A DNA stretch of 62,262 nt, counting the filler, from Ionaspis alba (Eukaryota), in NCBI GenBank assembly GCA_964255285.1. It is 3 parts of 3 records of this genome, joined end to end, with 100 filler letters (N's around TTAATTAATTAA, not from the genome) between each part and the next. Parts side by side here need not be neighbours in the genome. Positions count along the whole stretch, not along the records: positions 20,825 to 41,539 come from CAXUUL010000241.1; 2 more parts are not named here. The stretch is one strand, 5' to 3'. Below the pieces are notes generated by a model that was not told the origin of the DNA, did no database searches, and was given only the letters and a program-made list of their open reading frames with translations. Shown here one piece after another: positions 24,054 through 37,713 of this stretch. Both the position numbers and the translations under genes were made by a program. Each line of letters begins with the position of its first letter. Position 1 is the first letter of the stretch.

Positions 24054-26239
24054 TCAACCCAAAGGCAATTTCATCGCAATTCCCCCACCAGCTTTCTCCC
24101 CATCCACAGCCTTTTCTCCACTCATAGCCGTCACCCCATCAACAGCCTTTTCTCCATTCATAGCCGTCACCCCATCCACAGCCTTCTCTCCATTCCTCTC
24201 CTTCACCCCATCCACCTGCTCTCCTCCGGCCTTCTCCTCATCCCACTTCCCCACCACCTCATCTACCTCCTTCCGATACGCCTGCTGACTATGACACTGC
24301 TCCAGGAAAACCTTATACTTAACCTTCAGTAGGCTCTTCTCATGCTCATCTCCCGTGGGATACACCGCCTTCCCCGGTTTGCTCATCCGATCCATAATAT
24401 CCCACAACGGCTCCGTCTTCCCGCTCTTATCTGCACTCGCGGCTTTAGCTCCCAACATCGCGGCTCCATGTACAACAGCTGCGTGCACGTATTGCGGGAT
24501 CAGGACTGGCATGTCACAAGCTGAAGCCATCAAGCGCATTAGAATGTCATTCTGGCACTGCGAGCCGGACATGAAGATCGAGTGGATGGAGTGTCCAGTT
24601 TTATTCATCGTCTCGATGATCTGATGCGTCTGCAGCGCAATGAACTCCATCGTGGCATAGTAGTAAAGCGCAAGGCCATCCAGGGATTTGTCGCTAGAGA
24701 GGCCAATGACGGAGCCTGTCATGCGGGGATCAGCGACAGGAGAGCGGTTGCCGAAGAGGTCACCGTAGAAGAAAAAGTGCCGTCCGAGATAGGAGATGGA
24801 GGGTGCGGAGGCTTTGGTCTGCATGTCTTTGAGATGCTCGTTCAGGTAATCGTAGATGTTCGTGTTGTAGGATTCAGCAATGCTAAGGGCTTGCTGGAAG
24901 GCGGGATGGGTCTCAAGGACGTGCTTGAGAAGCTCGCCCGTGGCGCTTTGCCCGCCTTCAGCCATCCAGTAGTCTGGAATCAGCACGTCGCGGTATGGAC
25001 CCCAGACGCCGGGGACGAAGACGGGTTTTGGGGACATGGCGATGTGGCAGGTGGAAGTGCCGGCAACGGCGGCGAGGCGAGTGAAGGCTTGGGATTTGTC
25101 GTTGCTGGCCATGTCTGCGCTGAGCTCGTGGCTGCCGAGCTTGACTTTGGCTCCGACAGTACCGACCCAGCCTGCGTAGGCGTCGATGACACCACTGCCT
25201 ACGGCTATGCCTGGAACGAGACCAAGCTCGCCTGCAGCTTTTTCTGAGAGGATGCCGACCTTCTCCCCTGCACTGAGATACCTGCCGTTCTGGAGAGTAT
25301 CAGCGTTCGTCCGCTTTGCCAGTCTTTCTAGCTTTCGGATAAGTGACTCACTACCCCGTCAACTCCTCCCATGCGCTTGAAATTATCCTCACACAGGTCC
25401 TCCAGACCAATCTCCTTCAGGAAGTCCTCCTGCCAGCCTTTGACACTTCCGTCAACACCAACAGGAACGAAACCCTGCTTGCAAACAGTGCTGCAATAGC
25501 TTCTAGTCTCATTTCCAGTCGCCAAATGTGTCAATGCATCTGCAAGATCGTAGAACTTGCACCGATCGAACAGCTCCTTCGGCATGTTGTTTTTCAACCA
25601 CAGAACTTTCGGTATTTCCATCTCGATCGACATCGTTCCTCCCACATATCGTAGTAGATTGTGTTTGGTGGCATTTATCTTGGCTGTCTCCTTCTCTGGC
25701 CTGTGGTCGAGCCATAGTATGATGTTTCGATCATTGTCGAACTTAGGTCCTGTGACTGACACCGGTTCGTCGGTATCATGTGAGAAGACTGCCAACGAGC
25801 AGGTAGCGTCGAATCCGATTCCTCGGACCGTGGAAGGCTCGACGTTATGTTGGTTGAGGGCACGTTGGACGGATGAACATATGCATCGCCAAATATCATT
25901 TGTGGATTGTTCCTAAGTACATTGTAAGCTGGAATTCAAGAGAACTGCCCCCAGTTGGTGTGTGCGGCAGCACGAGGTCTCCAAACCTCTGCGAAACCGG
26001 GCAATGGTCGGAGGAGTATAGCTTACATAGTAGCCCTGCTCGGGCTGCCATAACCCAATGTTCTCCGAGGCTAAACCCACAATATCACCTTTGGAGTTGA
26101 TGATACATGCTCTAGCACTTCCTGTTCCCACGTCGATTCCAATGTAGTGATCCATGAATGGGTGTAGCTCGTTATGAGGGTCTGTTGACATCTGTCGAGA
26201 CGGCGGCCTCGACTCATGTCTGAGGGGTAAATAGGCCAT
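24054..26239 (-). CDS. FGGY-family carbohydrate kinase (D-ribulokinase/YDR109C-like), multi-exon
   Basis: Motifs HYIGIDVGTGSARA, NIILWLDHR, SIEMEIPKVLWLK, AVAGTSTCH, AEGGQSATG, GNRSP and IFMSGSQCQN. Confidence 0.93.
24099..24215. repeat. 36-bp coding tandem repeat (about 3.2 copies) in the FGGY kinase C-terminus
   Basis: Unit CCCATCCACAGCCTTTTCTCCACTCATAGCCGTCAC and variants at 24099, 24135 and 24171. It encodes GEKAVDGVTAMN-type units on the minus strand. Confidence 0.9.
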
Positions 26240-27254
26240 CTTGGATCGTAGCCCTTACGGGAAAGTCGATTGAGGCGCAGATGCAGGCGAAGGTGGTAAG
26301 GGGGTGCGGTTGATCTCAGGGATGTCAGCACGAGTCTTCAGTGGACGGGTACTAAGAAGGTGGCGTCTTCTGCTTGGTATACGGGGAAAGGATCTTGGAG
26401 CCGTTCTGGAGGACGACGGGTTGAGGAACAGATTGTGGTAGGTGCGGAAAGAGGATCTGATTCTCACGATGGTTGTCACACGATTCGAGGATGGCTTGAG
26501 TAGATTCGTTGAGTGTTGAATACGAGCTAAAGCACGGGGACGATCACGGCCGCTTATTACTCCATTTCATTCAATAGTAAGCATGACGGAGCTTCTTCCG
26601 TCGCAGTCGTCGATGGCTATGACGACGTCGCGACAATTTTCTCGAAAGTCAACAGTGGGGGTTGCTTGGCTTGCCCCGCCTTTCCTGCCGCGCCAATCCC
26701 GCAGACCGGAGCCTCAGATGAGCCATCAGAGGCGCACAGGGGGTTCGATTAGTTGGCTCGTACGCCCGGGGCAGCAATGTTTGGAACCTCACAGGGAACC
26801 GCTTAATTTGTCAAATCAGTGAACAATCTCGGTGGTCGGCCACTTGAGATACAGCTGACGCATTGCAAACCTGGGCATGCGATTGCCATCCTTGGATCCT
26901 GAAAGGTGCGCCCATGTGTTTTGGATGGGACAGAGAGACCACCGACGGCAGATGATCACTGATGATAGGAGACTAGATATTGGGATTACACATAGCAGTC
27001 CATGAAATCAAGGACACTGAAAGTGGTGATTGAGGGTTCAATGATAATGAATTGAACAAAGTGACTGGAACTGCACATCGCTATCGAGACAACGGCCCAG
27101 TACCGTCAAAGCCAGGCGCAGTTGCACATAAGAAAGCCGAATGGCTGGCATGAAAAGTCCAGATAGATCGGTAATTGCTCTCCTATTCGTCATGTCTATC
27201 TTCTCGTCAAATTCTCATCCTCAACTCCATCTTCCACAGAGATGAGGCTTGAGA

Positions 27255-28324
27255 TCACCAGGAAATTTCTTCACCCTCAGGAAAGCATCCTTGTGGCAGA
27301 TATGGTGCTGGCGGTTGATAGATAAATGCACGCTCGCTAGCAACCTCTAGCTTCGAGTTCCTATCCTTCCACTCCATCTGTGTCTTCAGCTTGAAGAAAT
27401 CTGTGAAGATTGAGAAAGCCAAGTCGAAACTACTGGCAAGTGGAGCCAAGATCTGGCGAAATGTTGCTGAGGTAGGTGAAGAATATGTCATGAAGCAGGC
27501 GTACTGTAATGGAGGAGAGTAGGATTCATAAAGCTGAAGAGATTGAGTATGAGGTCGAAGCAAAGGTACGCGAGATTTGCGCGGGGATATGTAAGGATAG
27601 ATGGGGGTAAGAATATCACCAACCTTGAGGTTGTATCGTTCGTTCTGGTTCGTCGTCAGGTCAGCGCGGGCGAGAGTGATGTCGTATGCAAACCCAGTCG
27701 GGTCGCGATATATGTGGTAGCCATCTGTGAGTTCGTCAATCGTGGTCTAAGAGTCGACGCCGTTGCTTGCGCTTGCTTTGTTGTGCGTACCGGTGTGCAT
27801 CGTGCTTCGGAAGTCATCGCAGTCCTTCTCGAACTTCAAGACTGCTAGCTTTTTAGCGAGATGAGGACATGGAAAAATTGTGTACCACTTACGACCGTTG
27901 GTGATCTTCTGTTTTCGGACGGTTTTCTTTTTGGCCTTGGCCTTCTCCTTTGCCTTGAAGAACCGGTTGAGAAGATAAGGTCCCTCTCTCTTTCGTGTGC
28001 GTTTCAGAAGGGAATCTTCCAGCCAGTCGAAAGTTACGATCTTGAGAGATTTAATCTTCAGAGCTTGCTCAACTGGACAACAACGGCACATAAGTATTCG
28101 TCGTCTTACAGCATGATAGATATGATCGAGACAACGAACATACCCATCTTGGCCGACTTCTTGTAGTGCTCTTTGCTAGCAACAAGATGCGTGACTTCAG
28201 GACTGATCTTGGAAGAATATTTCCCACCGCTGTGTTCGACCCATTGTTTGATCTTCTGTTCAGAGCGATCATTGCCAAAATCTCCGGTGCTCGCTAGGAT
28301 GACTTTCTTGAACGGATCCTTCAT
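27255..28324 (-). CDS. BRCT plus WGR-like domain protein with no PARP catalytic domain, multi-exon
   Basis: BRCT motifs WVEHSGGKY, VTHLVAS and KIVTFDWLEDSL. WGR-like motifs YHIYRDPTGFAYDITLARADLTTNQNERYNLK|LYES and AFSIFTDFFKLKTQMEWKDR. Confidence 0.8.
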
Positions 28325-29122
28325 GCTGTTGTGGTGAATGGAGGAAGAGCTGAAGCTGTCGTGCAAGATTCTACAGCTGCGATAATATAGAAGTGAGAAA
28401 GTGAATAAGAGGATGAGATTGGAAGCTTGCAATGTGAATTGCAAGTAAGGGCTAGGTATTGACAAAATCAGTCTGCTTGGNNNNNNNNNNNNNNNNNNNN
28501 NNNNNNNNNNNNNNNNNNNNNNNNNNNNNNNNNNNNNNNNNNNNNNNNNNNNNNNNNNNNNNNNNNNNNNNNNNNNNNNNTAGATGTTCCGCAGTCTGCC
28601 GAAGATAGCCACTGGGAAGCTCGTAGTTAATATCTGTTGACAATCCCGGGCAGCACTAGACCTTCTTCTTTTTACAATAGTGAATGGGCAAGATAGCAAT
28701 GGAATTCGCGCTAAACGATGGGGTAAGCAAGAGTTCAGGAACAAATTGACTGCAAGGGAAGATCTTGTGCAAAATGTGACCTAATTTGTTGAATAATAAA
28801 ATTGCCACAAATGGAAAGGTTGCTAGCGAGCATCTGAATTTGGTCTCCCATATGTACCCCGAGTCTTTGTCTCGTTATTGCATCGCTACTTCGTATCTTC
28901 GTATTCAAAGTCGCACCCTCATTCAAGATCTGGGTCATACACCGTCAGCCATAAAGAGACTGGAAGCTATCTTTCAGACCACACCTGCCACGAAGCCGCG
29001 AACAACGCCTCTATAAGCATTAAGAAACAACCCGGTCTATGTTCATTGAGACTCCGTAGCTAAGAAACAACTGGCAATGCTTGCTTTGCAGTCCTGGCAG
29101 CCTGCTGAGGTGGCCAGGATTG

Positions 29123-31553
29123 TCACGAACCATTGGCTTTGGGACTTCCCATATCTTTGTGCGCCTCTTTTGCAGCACGAACAAACTTTTTGATCTTCTC
29201 CAAGTTCTGCTGTCCATCTTGTTCCACGCCACTACTAACATCTACTACGACGATGCTAGAACGGCTTGACTCAAGCTTGACCAAGACATCCGCGACATTC
29301 TCAGCGTTAAGACCGCCAGCTAGAATCACTCGAAGACCAGGATCGGACTGTAGTCTGTCTTGTATTTCAACGGAGTCAAGCATTTCTCCAGTCCCTCCCG
29401 CTGATGTGTCAAGAAGTGGTAGGGCGTGGTAACCTCTTGCACCTAGCCCAGGATCACTAGGCCCAAAACGGTGAATGACGGGCACTGGGATAAGAGATGC
29501 CCATTCAATCGGCTCAGACCCGTGCAGCTGCACAATGTCAAGGTTCAGACGTCGTTGGGTCTCCAATATATAAGATAGAGGCTGATTCTGAAAGACACCG
29601 ACGAGGAGTGCTCGACCGCAATTTCCGAATGATTCTGCTGAGTGATCGAAATACTCTTTTGCTCCATTACTCGTCGAGTTCTGCGAATTGGGGATCTTAG
29701 AATCTGTTGTTGTATGCGTGTTGTGCACAGCATCAGAGATAGCGAGCGCCGTGTCCATGGTCACGCATCGCTTTCTCCCTTCGACCAGGATCATACCAAT
29801 TAAGTCTGCTCCTGCCTCGATCGCAGTTTTAGCGGCTTCTGGAGTTCTTGTTCCACATATCTTGACCAATAATTCCTGGTGCTGAACCCTAGAACTAGAG
29901 ACGGTTGAGGCGCCCAGGAGCTCTGTCACAAATGCGGCTACATTCGTCGTCCGCATCAAGGCTTCGCCGACCAACACTCCACCAACGCCTGCACTCTTGT
30001 ATGATTGCACATCCTTCGATCCAGATATCCCGCTTAAGGCACAAACTATTGTCTCACGAGGCACCTTCTCCATGAGCCGACTCGTAGTATCTAGGTCAAC
30101 CTCAAAGTTGGTCAAGTTCCGGTTGTTGACGCCAATAACCTGGGCACCCAGCTTGATTGCAATGTCCATTTCTTCCGTGGTATTGACTTCGACGAGAGGC
30201 TCCATTCCTAGGCTCTTTGAGTACTTGTAAAGCCTTTCAAGCAAAGACAGTCCGAGCATTTTTACGATCAAAAGGACGGTGTCTGCACCTGCTAGTCTTG
30301 CTTCCAGAATTTGATATTCGTCAAAGACAAATTCCTTGCGAAGAACAGCCGGACGATTGACCATGCCCTCGAGGCTTCGGCGGACAGCCCGGAGATCATC
30401 GATACTACCTTTGAACCACTCGGGCTCTGTAAGGACGGAAATCACGCTGGCGCCAGCCATAGCATACTTCCTCGCTTGCTTTGGAGCAGAAATCGACATA
30501 GCGATAGGGCCTTTCGACGGCGAAGCACGTTTGATCTCCGCCAATAGAGACAAATGATAAGGAGTAGATCTTAGTCGGTCTGGGAAGGAGATCTGAGGTG
30601 GCGCGAGATCCATGTTGTAGAGCTCTTGTAAATCCGAAGGTAACTGAGAAGGGACGGTTTTCTGAACTTCGACGGCCTGTCGCCTGTGTTGATAGATCTT
30701 GTCCAGTATCGATTCCTTGGCGGGAGCTTTCTCAGGAGCGACGCTCCCATTTTTCGTTGCTCCATTGTTCTCGCCACTGGGAGTCGTTACATTCCGTTTG
30801 TTCCCCTGAAGTTTCTCGTTTTCCATCCAGGTTCCGCCATGCATTCGTAAGAAGTTGGATAGCATTGTCCTTCCTTCGGCCGTCAATATGCTTTCGGGGT
30901 GAAACTGCACGCCTTCAACAAGGAGGGTCTTATGACGAACACCCATGATTATGCCTTTCCCTCCGTCAGGACCGCCCGCTATCCAAGAAGAGACTTCAAG
31001 ACATTCAGGCAGAGTGGCATGAGTCCCGGCCAGAGAATGATATCGAGTGACGGGCAGATCTTGAGGTAATCCCATATAGACCCCCTTGTTGTCGTGGCGC
31101 AACGGTGAAGTCTTGCCATGCAATATCTCGCCCGTCACATCTACACGTCCACCGAAAACAGAGAAGATGCATTGCCTATCGACTGTATTAGCATCATTGA
31201 AATGTAATCATTACACGGCCCAGATATGCCCACTCTCCCATACAAACACCCAGTATGGGTATCTTGCCGCTAAAATGCTCAATGGCTTGGCGGCTGACTC
31301 CGGAATCGGTATCAGGGTGACCAGGGCCGGGGCTGACCACAAGCTGAGTAGGATCGAGTGCAATCAAGTCCTCCAGAGTAACTTCGTCGTTGCGATAGAC
31401 GGTGACCGAGGCTCCCTCCAGGACGAGATATTGATAAACATTCCACGTAAAAGAGTCGTAGTTATCGATAAGGACCAATCTCGAAGCATTGCGCAACTTG
31501 GCTGCCGGAGAGGGATGATGTGGCGAGTGGTCAATCAGGTCTAGAGAAGGCAT
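29123..31553 (-). CDS. trpC: Trifunctional tryptophan biosynthesis protein (anthranilate synthase component II, IGP synthase, PRA isomerase); one intron near 31177-31233
   Basis: GATase motifs [19 protein letters not shown] and [12 protein letters not shown] motifs [22 protein letters not shown] and GVNNRNL. PRAI motifs VKICG, VQLHG, LAGGL and DVSSGVE. Confidence 0.97.
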
Positions 31554-31786
31554 GTTCGTGAGGGTTCAAGAATAAAACAATATAAGTGCCAAAAGCTGGA
31601 TTGGATGGTCTTTCAGTTGAACTGATGAAGGACAATTCGAACAACGAAAGAGAAAGTGTCACTCAAACAGGGTCAACAACAGGATAAACGACTAGAATAC
31701 TTTCAGTTCAAGAGTGCAAACTTCTTCTAATGATCTCAATGATTCTGACAGCTATAAGCAGAAAAAGTTGTCTATCACACGTTTCC

Positions 31787-31792
31787 GAGTCA
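31787..31792 (-). promoter_or_regulatory. Candidate CpcA/Gcn4 response element (TGACTC) upstream of trpC
   Basis: GAGTCA on + lies within GAGTCAGACTC, about 235 bp upstream of the trpC ATG, in the 377-bp divergent trpC/NUP188 promoter. Confidence 0.4.
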
Positions 31793-31930
31793 GACTCATA
31801 TTACTATTGGGGTTACATTTATTAGCGTGAATTTGTAGACGCGAGCTCAGCCGCGTCTCGAATACGCTTAGAATTTCTGCTCCAGTTCGGGCTTCACAGA
31901 ATTGAAGTCCCATCGTCGGAGGCCGCCAGC

Positions 31931-34900
31931 ATGGCGCGTGCTGGGGATTCGGTCTATTTCCCACCGTTAGACAAGTGTCTGGACGGGAGCACTCAGCTAT
32001 TGTAAAGCTCATCCTGATGCTTCAGTTGTAGGAAGCTGACTTATTTACAGATCTTGGAAGACGACATTCACCGGGCTGTCCCAGCCTGATGCTACGACCA
32101 CGAGCAGTGGACTGAGACGTCATATGACAGATGACCAGACTGTTGATAAGCTTTGCCAGTTCTTGACACCGTACCAACCTCCAACAACTGAAACAAAAGC
32201 TCTCTTTGATACGCAGACCTCAGCTATCAACATTGCCCCAACCACCGACGGACGATACAATATCACTCAATTGAGGGATGATTCACTGTGGCTCAGTAAG
32301 GAGACTGGCATAGATGAGGTGGCTGCGCTTCGGGTCGTGATTTTGGAATGGCAGTCAAGACCTATCAACCAATTATTAAATGAGTCTTCGGGTGAAGAAC
32401 AATTGCCGGATAATGTGCGCACAAGATTTTCTCTACCACCCCCTTCATTGGGATCCAGGAGTGTTATTAGTGTAACTTCTCTAGACCAAGGTCTCGAAGA
32501 GATTCGCTCAAGACGTCTTCGGCTGTTGAATCTCTACCTTTCGGAACGGCGATATCTTTCAAAAACCGCAGAATATCTGGTGCTCGGCACTCTATGCAGG
32601 CCGACTGTTGGAAAAGGAAAAGGGAGAGAAAAAGCAACTACAGAAGCGCCGACCGGAGCTGTGCAATTGGAAGATTTGGGCACTTCCATTCTGGTCTTAT
32701 GGAATCTAGACGGTGTTCGATCGACAACTGGCAAGAATTGGTATGTTGAGGCAATCGAGGCCCTAAATGTCAGAGTCCAGAACCTGGAGCGCGGTAGTGG
32801 ATGGCTGCAGGATGAGGAGCCTATACCAGAGCTCGAGGAGGCTTGGAGCAAAAGCCAGATATTGGAGATGATCCACATAATGCAGATCATTGCGCTTCTT
32901 GCCGACTCATCACCGAAACTTATGAGAGCCGATGCTGCAGTTGCTTGGTTCAGGTTCGTGGGCGGCTATGGTTTCTTTGAACAATTTGAAATGGTATGAG
33001 AGATCCTCTACAACAAATTGTCATATGCATAGCACTAATCATGTTTCTTCTAGCCTTATCAAAGCTTAAATACGGCTTATACATTTCCTTTTCAGTCTCT
33101 CATCGCTCTTGTATCCTTGGCTATGTTCAAAATCCCAATCGCGCTTCTTACTCTAGACGAATCTGCCTCGTTATCCCTGACCTCTGTGGAAATTCTCGAC
33201 AGTGCTCCTTATCTTCTCAACCCAGAAACCATCTTAGAGATGCACGCGGTTCTCGTGGAGGCTGCTAAACACTCATCTTACAATGCAAGTCTCGCAGTCT
33301 GTGCTTGGGGTGTTCTATTGCAAGTTCTGAAGGAACATGCAATGTCATCCCTAGAGTCGAGAGATCTCCGACAGTCTGAGCGAGCTGTAGACTCTTTTGA
33401 CGCTTTACAAGCTTCCGAAGCTGAAGGCCCTGATGATCGTCCAGGACAGCGAGGACCTTCACCTCATCGGCGCTCGTCCATCGGCAGCGACGCGTCGCAG
33501 CATGGAACATACTTTGAGGATATATGCCAAAGAGTAGGGGATACTATGGGTGAAGATACTGTCGCATTCCTAGGCAGAAGCGCCGTTGACCAGACCCATG
33601 TTTTTGATATTGTTGCAAGTTTGGCTCTCAACTTTTGTACACCATTTGGGTCAGATCATTTTGGGAAACCTGGCTCAAAATTCAGACTAATATTACTCGA
33701 CTTAATTCGTGGGGCTCTGGACTGGGTAGGATATCAGCCAGAACTTGTTGAGGCTACACTTGCCGTGCTGAACGGCTCGGAAAAATATTGGGATATCCTG
33801 AAAAGACCGGGAGGCCAGCTCGATATCGGACCAGTGTCTGTCTTCATCAATGACGACTATTTGATGACCCGGATATTCAGCGTCGCACTGTCTCGCTTTC
33901 CGTACGAAGACGTGCCCTTTATCAGACTTTGCCGAGCGTTGGCTACTGACCGTCAGCCAAGCGATCCGGATGCGCAACATGTGCAATCGATATTGGAGAA
34001 CATACAGTCTTTCACGTGCTTAGTGCCTGAAGACAGCTATTATCTCCGTGATGACGGTGATTTTGAACTCACCAAATCGTTGAATATGCTGCCGGGACAG
34101 AGAGGTCCTTCTCGAGGTCTTATTGGATCGACAATGGGTAAGGAGCTCGTACGCTCTGGAGGTCGGGATTATTCAAATGCCTTCGAGTTACCCGATGGAA
34201 CTGTTGGCCAAAATATGACGGACCATAAGCCAGTAGTTGTCCTTTGGCGTTACGAATATTCCGGCTTACGATATTTTGGCAGACTCCTCCAGAGTGCCCG
34301 AGATCAGAGGTCCTTGCGAGAGAGTGAGATCGATGATACCATGAGAGAGGTAGTGCCTGAGATCATTGGTTTGCTGACTGCCATGCTGGCTTCCATAACC
34401 AAGGAAGGAAGGTCGAATGGATCGTCTTTCAACAAACAAGACATGGCTCGTGCTATTTTGGGAGAGGCAAGTGACGGACTTAGCCGTAACGAAGACATTG
34501 TGTCCTTGGTCTTTGCCATTTTTGAACAGGAAATCTACAACCGACATACACAAGTCGGCGAAGAGAACCCTACCAATGTCCTTGTCGAATGCGTCCAGTT
34601 CACTCACGCTCTTCTCCAAGTATTGCCTAGCCGTGTCTGGCCGTTTCTCGGTCGCAGTGGCTTACTAGGCCTTGATGGCACAGAGAGCAGACTCGCTGCC
34701 ATTGTCGCTTCGACTGAAATGCCTCTGGGAAGGTATTCGTTCTTGTACGGCTGCATTCGACTCTTTGATGCACTCCTGGAAGACTCCTTGTCGCACGCTC
34801 TTCCTCGGAGAAGGAATGGAGCTGTCAAAACACGGTTCCGACGACCAGATGCAGACACAGGCGGTAGTGGTGTCACAGATGTCTTGATGAAGAAGATTCT

Positions 34901-37713
34901 GCTCAGCTTAGGACGTATCATCATCGATGTTTACGAGAGCAATCGGAACTGGAGGTTCGTTTCGCTCGAAGAAAAATTAGAAATGAACAGCATGATATGC
35001 AGTTTGTTCGATCGGATACTGCGGTACTCTTTTGAGATGGATGACAATCCGGACGTGTCTGAAAAAATAGTCAGCTTCCTCGCCCCTGCAAGCAGTCATC
35101 TTGTCGGTGTCTTCCTGTCAAAGAGCACCAGCGACGTGTCAATCCAACCTCTTCTTCACTTGCTGTTTGAGGGATCCGTGACGCCAAGCAGTACTCTCTC
35201 TGCCAAAAGCCTTGGGCTATGGGTCTCGCAGACAGAAAAGGCCTTGAGGCTAGGAATCACTCTGATTCGAGTCAGCACGTATCTTGGAAATAACCCTACT
35301 CCTATGGAAAAACGTCTCTTCGAAGCTCCTCCCCTTCTTGCGAAAGTCTACGCTGCTCATGTGAACTATAGAGCCCCCGTGATTCAGCTATTAGATTCTG
35401 TGGTGCGATGCGCAGGTACTGCAGATAGCCAGCCACCTTCACTTCTAGGACAGCTAGGTCAGAATACCGCAAAGTTCTTCCTCGAGGTGCTTTCTATGCT
35501 TGACACTCCTCTCGACGACGAGAATCTATCCATTGCTATCTGGCGATTGTGCTCAGCTGTTGTCAGTAACCGCCAGCAGTGGTTCGCCATCTATCTCCTC
35601 ACTGGCAGTACACCTCGAGAGACCCTGAAAAACAGCGGTCGAGCTCAGAATGGCAACTCTCGGAAAGCTCGTACATTATTACAGATAGCTATGGATCGCT
35701 TGTCCGCTATCGAAGTGTTCTCTTCCGTCGTTGCCGTGGCGCAGCTTGAGTTCGTTGCACTTAGTGCGGACTATTGGCCTTGGGTGATCGCTGAAATACA
35801 AAACCATCCAGCTCTTACTTCTACCCTCCTCACATATCTTGGGCACTTGGATCGGTCTACAATAGCCGGGTCGACAATAAGGCCACATCCGGACAACATA
35901 AGATCCACCTCCTTAATCCTCGACATTTTTGCGATGTGTGTGCATTCTGGTACCCAGACTGGAGACAACGCACTGGCCAAGAAACTGCTACCAAATCTTT
36001 CATACTTGATGCAACACGCCGTGGCGATACCGGACTACAACGCGTCTTTACACAGCAATCTCCGCCGCAACTTTGGGTCCAAATTTGCATACTGTGAACC
36101 GAAGAGCTTCAAGAGGACAACACTTGAGCCGTTGCTGCTTAGAAAAGACTTCTACTACGACATGGAACTGGCGACTAAGATGCTGTCATACGATCCGGCA
36201 TGGTCTGGAAGAGGCGATCAAGGTTTCGCTCAAGAATTCTCGAGGGCCAATGCGAACCTGTCAATCGTTGACGCTCAAGTGGTACGTTAACGCGCAATCT
36301 TTACCCACGCGAATATTACAAGCTAATGAAGAATAGAATCTGCTCCACAGTTGGAAGTCATTCGCAATACAACTGAGCTTTGCCTTGAGCACGGATGTCC
36401 CATTTCAAAAATCCTTAGCCACTGTAGTCGGGGATTGTCTTAAGTCCAACCAGGGAAGCACACTACCAGAAGCGATTTTTGACAAGCTCTCACAATCACG
36501 CGCTGATTTGGCTTTCGCACTCATGCAGCGTGTCATGGAGAGCATCCGCTATAGCGAGGAAGCCAAAAGCATATTACAGATCGCGTGGGACACGCTTCGT
36601 GGTCATGCTCCAGATATAGGAATGGCTCTTACTGGAGCAGACGGAGAGTACACTCGAACCTTGATGAAGATTCTCTACCTTTCCCTCCAAGCACATACAG
36701 AGGGCTCAAAAATCGGTGAATCGGACATGACAAGAACAAGGAGAGATGGGACGAAAGCCGGAAGTCCTCTGCCAGCCGTATTAGAGATACTTGGCTCAGT
36801 CGTCGCTCATGGCTTCCGGTCACTAACCACGCTATTGCATGACGATTCGACGCAAGTTCTTGCGGCGGACTACGCACTGCTCAACGCAGTTCTCCGGACT
36901 TGTCTTCGAATCCCCGGAATTGAAAGGCACACGGAACAGCTCGTCACCCTGTTCTCAGACGATAACACAGTGCGATATGCTAGCACCCTTCTGTCATGGT
37001 CCAATCAATTAACTGTAAACAATGACCCAATCTTCGGAGACCTCACCATGATGTTCCTACTGGAGTTGTCCAGCATTCCTGCCCTCGCAGAATCTATTGC
37101 TGTAGGAGGCATCCTGACACAAATATCGACAGCCAAGATCATGGAATACTTCCGGCGTCCGGGAGGAATCGGCCCATTCGACGAACCGACAACGATGTAC
37201 GGAATCTGGTGCCGTGGAATCTTGCCGTTTGCCCTCAACCTACTAAGTGCCATTGGAGCACCCATGGCAATCGAGGTCTCCGCATTTCTCGCCCAATTCC
37301 ACGGTCAACTCATCAAAGCATCAAGCATCTTCGACATCAAACCCAGCATCCTACCACTCACACCCGGCGCCGGGTACATAACCCTCAGCATTGCCACAGA
37401 GGCTCACTCCCTAGCCCTGATCAGCAGCATTCTGGATATATTCAGGGAAGCTGGTGCCAGCGCGGGAATCGTCGCGAGCGATATCTCGGACCTGGAATGG
37501 GATCGAGTGCAGGTTAAGGATGATTTGGATAACTGGCTGCAGAGGAGGAAGGCGTTGCGAGAGAGTATCGTGGCTACGAATGAGAGGGAAGAGGCGTGGG
37601 CGAGGGAGAGGCCAGCGGATGCGCAGAGCGGAGCGGACAATCGGTTGGAAGAGAAGGTGGTGCAGGAGATGAAAGCTGCACTGGGACGGCTGGGGAATAA
37701 CAGTGATGGGTGA
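31931..37713 (+). CDS. NUP188: Nucleoporin Nup188 (4 exons)
   Basis: Start MARAGDSVYFPPLDKCL. Motifs FDTQTSAIN..YNITQLRDDSLWLSKETGIDEVAALRVVILEWQSRP, VWPFLGRSGLL, QQWFAIYLLTG and RLEEKVV. A helical protein of about 1860 aa across three introns. Confidence 0.9.

Noticed and set aside
26741..26752. GGTTCGATT T-loop-like motif
   Set aside because: No T-stem complement, acceptor stem or D-arm, so it is not a tRNA.
26955..27022. TGATGA...CTGA pair resembling a box C/D snoRNA
   Set aside because: Short, with no terminal stem and no recognisable rRNA guide; consistent with chance.
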